Below are positions 33,855 through 41,202 of a stretch of 41,202 bases of DNA, one piece after another. Origin of the DNA: Tubiluchus corallicola. Its lineage: Eukaryota; Animalia; Priapulida. The stretch lies in the NCBI GenBank assembly GCA_030141605.1, contig JAQGDQ010001438.1, forward strand, positions 1 to 41,202. Direction: 5' to 3'. Within the stretch, counting starts at the first letter, position 1, and each line of letters opens with the position of its first letter. The notes beneath the pieces are model-generated. The model saw nothing but the letters and a program-made list of their open reading frames with translations. It made no database searches and was not told where the DNA came from. The position numbers were made by a program, and so were the translations under genes.

Positions 33855-36800
33855 CTAACCTTTCTGCCAACCCAGCCATATGTCAGGTTTTGATCGAAAC
33901 GTTGCATTTTCGCAAGGTTGCACCTGCCACTTATTGTCCACCACAAAAGGACGTTCCCTTGCCCAACTGCACCTATCAGTTTTCAAAGATGGAACAGTGT
34001 AATTGTGTACAGTCAGATTCCTCCTGGTTCTCCAAACTTTCATCATGTCCAATGTCAAAATCCACTTGTGGATACTAACATACTTGCTGCATAGCTCTGC
34101 GTAGGTTCCTATGCTCTCTTGTGTAACAGAGAAAGCCACGTCACCTAGATAGTGGCGCGAATTATCAGCAAAGAACTTGATTTTTTGACGGGTATTTTCC
34201 TCCCAAGTACTCAGCCACCATCCCAGGGCAACTCCTCCATAGTCAGTACACAATAATTCCCTCTTTTTGTGCAAATTTAAGATAACCTTCACCAAATCTT
34301 CACTGAGAACGAAAAAGTGCTCGTCCATGTAAACGCCCCCTGTTGAAAGAAAAAACAATGGCATCACAATGCAAGTATTTATCGGCAGTGGCAATAATTG
34401 TATTGGCAACTAAACTTAAACAACCGCAAACCTGATTAGTAAATGGATAAGTGACTACTGGAGTAAATACTTATGGACAATTTCATGGCCGAGGTTATAC
34501 TTCTTTGAGATAAGATGTGCAGACATTAGAATAATAATAATAATGCATTTTTGTCGGTTTTCTGATCTCAGAGACGGCTTTCGTAGTGAACTATATACCA
34601 GTCCTGCCACCACCATGCAACATTACTAATAGTCTTGCCATAGAGTGCAGGTTTCGTAACTGTTGGCTTTTTCTTGATACTGAGCTAAATTCTAGTCTCA
34701 CCACAAACATCAATATTGAGAAGGCACAGTAGTTGGAAGTTCGATTCCAGGTTGCGATGTGCAAAAGTGATTATTTGTTTATTTATTTATTAGTGTCAAA
34801 AATACATACAAGAAAAAGCAAGACATACATAGAATTCTCAGTGTTGAAATATAATGACACTGCAGACAAACAAAACAATTACTAATAAAACAAACATTAT
34901 TAAATCTTCCTGTTAGTTATTTTAGTTATATAAATGAAAAGTTTAAAGATTAGTATTTAAAATAAATTGTCTTTCATCAGGCCTCATTTTCAATGATATG
35001 ATCATTACATAGTATATTGTTCATCATATTCTTTTTCAAGACAATCAATAAATGCCTTAATTACTTCTAAATCACTGCTTCGCACCAGGAATAAAAATTT
35101 ATCAGTATCGCTTATAGGGAAAAATTCTGGTTTAATTACATTGATGTGATTATATAATTTTCCTCTAAGATCATTGTAATATGAGCATTTTATAACAAAG
35201 TGTAATTCGTTTTCGATTTCATTTCTTAAACAGTATGAGCATATGCGATTCTCAGCCGGGATTTTTCTAGGTTAACGTACCTCCCTCTTTCAATACACAA
35301 AGTATGAGAGCTGATTCTCAGTTTTGTAAATCTTGTTACACCATATTTGGAATAACCACAAAGCAAATAGTTTTCTAGTTGATAAAGGTTTTTGAAGGTT
35401 CGATACGTTCGCAGGAGGATTTCTTCTTTCCAAAACAGAGTATAATCAGCTTTTATTTTTTCTTCTAATTTATTGAGTACTCACTTAGGTGAAAACGTTG
35501 TCTGGTTATTCCAAACATGTTTAAAGCCATATACACATAATATATACTTAACGAAAGTAGTCCAACAAAAATAGTTCTCAGCTGAGGTTCGGTTTTAGTT
35601 CTCAGCTGAGGTTCGGTTTTTGCTATAAGCTTGGTCTACGTAACTATCCTATGGTTGGCTAATAACATGTATCCAGTAGCGGATTGTATCCTTAATTATT
35701 TTAATAAAAATGGAGAAACGGCTCAGTTCTGCCCTAGTCGCACATTTGCTTGATTTGTTATTAAGATTCAACAGAAATCTGCATTTAATATTGGCCTCTT
35801 CGCTTGGCACACTGTCAAATTTATTTTGACAATGCAGGGAATTGGTTTTAATTTTAATAATGCTAGGTCCCCATACACAAGAGCCATATAGCATTATAGA
35901 TTCTACAGTATGTTCAAATAATTTGATAACTGTATGTGAGTTTGCGCAGTTTGAGCAATTTTTCATGCAGTAAAAAGCTTTTAGTCCTTTGTCTTTTAGT
36001 TTGGTACAGCCTTTGCTTGAAAGCACCAGACGCAAAGAATTCGAACCCGAAGTATCTATAGGATTGGACTATTAAGATCCACAGGTAAAATTTAGGTCGT
36101 TTAGAATTCTGTCTGCTTTGTTAAAAACAATAATGTCTGTCTTTAACTATGTGGTCAATTGACTCATTTTCGTTCATCGTTTAGATACTGAAGTTTTAAT
36201 TATTTTCAACGTTAAAAGAACGGTCAACGTAGTTAGACTCATCTTAATGTTCGCGAAAAATGCTAGAAGAATTTGATAATAACCGTGTGACAAACGTTTC
36301 ACGTAATTGGTAAAATCACTTTAAAGTCACTGTCATTTGAGTTTGAGTGCTCCCAGTTTGAATGACCATTCTTCCACCAATGACGTCATTCATCGGCTGC
36401 AGAAAAACAGTGCATTGTCAATTTCAGTCAAAAATATAGCGAGTTTTTACAAAAAATAGAATTGCTAATTTTGTGATATTTTTGCATGAACATTAGGCAC
36501 GCTGCAGAAGTATGCATTATTTTAAGCTGCGTGCACTTACGGAAAGCTACGATGCTCTTACGAAAAGTGGCGAAGTTTAGCTATTGCCTTATAATTGTCA
36601 AGTGAATGTTGGCTACCATCGTACCTGAAAATTCCTATATAGCGGTTGTATAAATTTTCTTCATGCTTTATATGCAGTTTTTTGCAAATTTCTTTGTTAT
36701 GTTTTTCTAAGTTTAAGTAGCATAAAATAAACTCAACATTCTAAAAATGTCTTCTGTCCTGGAACCATGTAACTGCGCACAACTTCGCTCCTTTTTATAG

Positions 36801-39588
36801 TCTGCCTTTCGCCCAGTCCCAGTCGCAGTTCGGTATCGGTTTCGAAGAAAACAAAAAATTCGGCATCGGTTCGCTTCGATTTTTTCGGGTTCGGAACAAC
36901 ACTGAGTCTAGGGCACGTTTCGTGTGAATGAAGTTTATATGATATTGTGATAGCGCCCTATCTTCGTGCTCTATCGGACGTACTACTGTCCAAGCTTGAC
37001 CTTTTATCTTGAATGCGTGCGCAAGCCAAATAAACACTGCTTTACCTAACAATTTTTATTCTTAACAATTAGATCAATTTCAATATTTTGCGATATTATA
37101 GTCTTGAGAATATTTGAACTTAAAATACTTCTTTAAGAGATGAAGCAGTTTAGTTTTACAGTTGTGAAATCGGTACAGGTAACCTAGTTATGTTTAACGC
37201 ATACTTGTCTCTCATTGGTTATTTTAAAAATGCATAAACACAGGTGATTCCTACAGGTCGTGGAGAAGTGAATTTCTCGATTTAGCTAGAGAGCTGATAC
37301 TTGGTTTTTGAGCGTATTGTTGCGTGTGGCAGGCACGTCTAAAGTCTGCCCACACTGCTCAGTTTGAACATCTCTAACGAGATTAATTGAGATGTTTTGA
37401 TTTGTACTATTGTGGAGCTTCCTCAAATGATATAAACGGAGTAGAAACGGCTTGTTAATATGGTCAATGGAATACGGAACTTAATCTAGACTTGTATTGG
37501 CGAGACTTCCAGCAAGTTGGCAGACGGAGTCAAGCGAGCCACACTGTCGTATCGCGAGGAAGCTGTAGCTACCGTGTCAGTGGTGAGGCGAAGAGGGGGC
37601 GATCCGGGAGGTGAGCTGCCAGCAGCTGTCGGAACTTGGTGGAATCGAATGACGGATCGTATGGTATGAATCGATAACACATGGAATGGAATGGAATGTT
37701 ACAGATACGTTTACAATATGGAGTGATGAAACCATCGTCATGGAATGGAAATGGAATGTTACAGATACGTTTACAATATGGAGTGATGAAACCATCGTCA
37801 TGGAATGGAAATGGAATGGTGATGCAGTTAACACCAGAACTGGAGCTCCGACGTGGTAAACCCGGTACCGGTATGCTTGTAACCTCGTATACTCTTGTAC
37901 AGTTTTGCTTAAATGATCAGTGTACAGCTTTTCATGCATATTATATTTGTAATTAAATAAAGCAATTGAATTTAATGTCTAGTTTATTTAGATTAATTGA
38001 GATTGTCAATCAGTAATTTTTCCTAAATATTACATCACAACAGTGACGGCGTTACACGTTAGGGAAATAACACCGTTAGGGAAGTGCACCGTCACAGATA
38101 TAATATTATAACTTCTCTTTTATCCCTACTCGCCCAGGGACCCCCACTCCATGCCTTAGCCTGTTAATAACAAGTTCCACTTACCTAACCCAGGACGACA
38201 GATGGCAGTTCCCCAGTAAAGAAGCTCTTTGGGTCTAAGCGGTAATTCTGACAGCAATCTCTCCATGCAAACGAACACATCATCATCAACCTTCATAAAA
38301 TAAGTAAAATCATATCGTTGCACAGTCCACTGCATAATCCACAATAACCTCCTGGCATTATTCAATCCTGATGGCACATCGGTGAATATCACATCACCAT
38401 GTTCAAGCTGCTCCTTGTTTAACTTGTCTGCGTGGGAAGAATCAATCGTTTCACCTGCGTTTAAAATATGAGATGTTTTTTCCTGAAGTTTGTTACTATG
38501 TTATAGTAATATTGCAAATTTATTTGATGGAGAATTAATGTCAATTGGAAATTTCATTTACGACTGTATGCATAGATTTTTGAATTAAATAGTATAGCTT
38601 TGTTAGCGGACATATAACCGCATCACTGTGATTATCATATAGGTAAAATATTTGTTTATCACATGTGTACAAATGCTTAGTAAATAGTTGTTTTCGCTGC
38701 ATGGAGTTTACAACTAAATTTGTACATCTGTGTATATACCTTGTGCAGCTATGTTGAGTCAAGTTGTTAGTATGATCTGGAAATCATTACCCGAGTTCTG
38801 CCCGCTGATAAAACCATCGGGTATGCGTCGAGTTTGTAATTTTCCTGTTGGAAATTTGATTTTCAGAAATAAAATATCTAAAAAAACTACGTTTCACGTG
38901 GAAAAGTGTTGAATATTCTTTATAATCTCATCATGGGTTATTTATTTATTTCAGATTGTTTCGTCCTAACGGGCCTCATTGGTTGAAAATTAAGATAAAA
39001 TGTTAAAAACAGTACTTACCAGTGTGAAACAAGAGCACTAAAAGCAAAAATTGTAGCTAAACTATGGCTAAAATAGTAAAATTTGGTGTACAAATAATTT
39101 TTCTCTTTTTGCAGTCGGTTCTACACTTTCTCTAGCTTATTATTGTTTTTAAATCAATGAAATTTAGCTACTGTTCTTGCTATAAACCTTTACTTGTACA
39201 AACTGTTTAAACATTTTGTAATTTTCAGCCGATGATGCCCGTCAGGGCGCTACCTCTTGCAAGAAACAAAATAATCTATTTTGAGACTGTAAAGGATATT
39301 CAAAGTTGCTTTACCTGCGTTGTCAAACTGATCAGTAAAAAAACTGTAAGTAACATCCCGACTGTGTGAGACATTCAACCAGGTTTGCCTAAGACTGTTC
39401 CTTCTTTCATATCTTCCCTTGTATGCGCTTGCTATCGCTATGAACAAAAGAACGGTGCGCCTTCTTTTCAGATTTTCCAAATCTTTAGAAATTTGTGAAC
39501 TTGTAAAAAAGTAGAATGCGACAAAACTGATAAAAAGTATTTTTCCAACTACGAAAATCTGTATCGTCCTTTTACTTCTAAACTGCAT
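33855..39588 (-). CDS. GT31-family beta-1,3-galactosyltransferase-like type II membrane protein, exons 39588-39315, 38454-38185, 34339-33855; 342 aa
   Basis: An N-terminal TM segment is followed by LLFIAIASA...ERRNSLRQTW, EQLEHGDVIF, YFMKVDDDVFV (DxD), LLYWG and VLSEDLV, typical of Galactosyl_T. Donors are GTAAAG and GTAAGT, acceptors are CAG, and both introns are phase 1. Confidence 0.88.
34770..36150 (-). mobile_element. Decayed LINE 3' portion (RTE-X-like or CR1-like) in GT31 intron 2
   Basis: Minus strand gives KLFEHTVESIMLYGSCVWG, ATRAELSRF, LRISSHTLCIEK, ENRICSYC..NEIENELHFVIKCSYYNDLR (C-terminal CCHC). It has stops and frameshifts and an (AATA)n tail at about 34770-34790. Confidence 0.85.
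37318..38042 (+). mobile_element. Putative solo LTR
   Basis: Bounded by TGTTG...CAACA, about 725 bp, with a GC/CpG-rich core and AATAAA near 37956. No clean target site duplication is visible. Confidence 0.45.
37691..37818. repeat. Perfect 60-bp tandem duplication with GGAAT runs at the junctions
   Basis: 37691-37750 is identical to 37751-37810. Confidence 0.95.
38945..39249. repeat. Imperfect inverted repeat with degenerate hammerhead-like motifs at both outer ends (Penelope-like remnant)
   Basis: TGAAAATTAAGATAAAATGTTAAAAACAGT pairs with ACTGTTTAAACATTTTGTAATTTTCA. CCGATGA-T-GCCC-GTCA-GGGC-G lies at 39229-39249 and its inverted counterpart at about 38950-38988. Confidence 0.6.
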
Positions 39589-40029
39589 TACGGAGTCCCA
39601 ATATAATTTTTACTGCATTAAAATCATAGACTTACATAGCAGCTTGCTTGTGAGCATGCGCAGAACAGAAAGAGCTCTGGTGTAGGTGACCCTTAATAAA
39701 ATCGAGACTCGAGTTAACAATTAACTGTAATTTTCACGCTTTGCAATTTAATGATGAGAACCTCCTCTTCAGTACCAGCATGTTAATTACCCTGTTACAG
39801 AAATTGGCGTGTCACTTTCTCGTTTATCCGCACGGCAAAAAGCGCGAATTCGTGTGAAATTGGTGAACATCCGCGTATCCGCAATCCGCAAAAATGTAGG
39901 CGAAAACTAGACTTGGTATCAGAACCGAGTGACCTATTGTATGAAGCTAGGAGTTATAATCACTAATTACCATCAATAATAAATTACAGCCAGACCCCGC
40001 AGAGGAATATTGCTTGTAAAGCCTAAATG

Positions 40030-41202
40030 ACAACTCACATCACAAGATGTACATACATCGCTCCACAATATCATACCACCACACCACACGATGTACATAC
40101 ATCACTTCACAATATCATACCACCACACCACACGATTTACCTACATCACTCCACAATATCATACCCATCACACCACACGATGCACATAAGTCACTCCACA
40201 ATATCATACCACCACACCACACAATGTAAATAATCACTCCAGAATATCATACCCATCACACCACACGATGTACATACATCACTCCACAATATCATACCAC
40301 CACACCACACGATGTACATACATCATTTCACAATATCATGCCCATCACACCACACGATACACATACATCATTTCACAATATCATACCACCACACCACACG
40401 TCGTACATACATCACTTCACAATATCATACCACCACACCACACGATGTACATACATCACTACACAATATCATACCCATCACACCACACGATGCACATACG
40501 TCACTCCACAATATTATACCATCACACCACACGATACACATACGTCACTCCACAATATTATACCATCACACCACACGATACACATACATCACCCCACAAT
40601 ATTATACCATCACACCACACGATACACATACATCACTCCACAATATCATACCACCACACCACACAATGTAAATAATCACTCCACAATATCATACCATCAC
40701 ACCACACGATGGACATACATCACTCCACAATATCATACCATCACACAACACGATGTACATACATCACTCCACAATATCATACCATCACACCACACGATGT
40801 ACATACATCACTTCACAATATCATACCACCACACCACACGATGTACATACATCACTTCACAATATCATGCCCATCACACCACACGATACACATACATCAT
40901 TTCACAATATCATACCACCACACCACACGTCGTACATACATCACTTCACAATATCATACCACCACACCACACGATGTACATACATCACTACACAATATCA
41001 TACCACCACACCACATGCCGTACATACATCACTTCACAATATCATACCACCACACCACACGATTTACCTACATCACTCCACAATATCATACCCATCACAC
41101 CACACGATGCACATACGTCACTCCACAATATTATACCATCACACCACACGATACACATACGTCACTCCACAATATTATACCATCACACCACACGATACAC
41201 AT
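40030..41202. repeat. 44-45-bp satellite running off the window end
   Basis: Unit CATCACTCCACAATATCATACCACCACACCACACGATGTACATA, about 26 copies. Confidence 0.97.

Noticed and set aside
40027-40675. His/Thr-rich ORFs
   Set aside because: They are translations of the 44-bp satellite, with the frame shifting in each unit.

Overview
This is AT-rich, intron-containing eukaryotic DNA from an invertebrate metazoan; I cannot fix the phylum. It is not prokaryotic, and I found no CRISPR array, operon or defence system. Four spliced host genes can be rebuilt by hand with GT-AG junctions and consistent phases. (1) The 5' three exons of a GPR143/OA1-like GPCR (- strand, running off the window start). (2) A 7-exon secreted pentraxin/LamG-like gene (+) with a single in-frame TAA and a C-terminal tail rich in dibasic sites. 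(3) A complete CHCHD2/CHCHD10-like twin CX9C mitochondrial protein gene (+). (4) A complete 3-exon GT31 (beta-1,3-galactosyltransferase-like) gene (-). The rest is dense with transposon material: Kolobok-, Tigger/pogo- and Tc2-like MITEs, a decayed Tc1, a long 5'-truncated LINE ORF2, other LINE remnants, a putative solo LTR and Penelope-type hammerhead-like inverted repeats, plus mini- and microsatellites. I cannot support a wholly new biological system. The best leads are the stop codon and possible peptide tail of the pentraxin gene, the hammerhead-like motifs, a recurrent pairing element at LINE 3' ends, and a CRE-multimer minisatellite. All homology calls are from recalled family motifs, not database searches.
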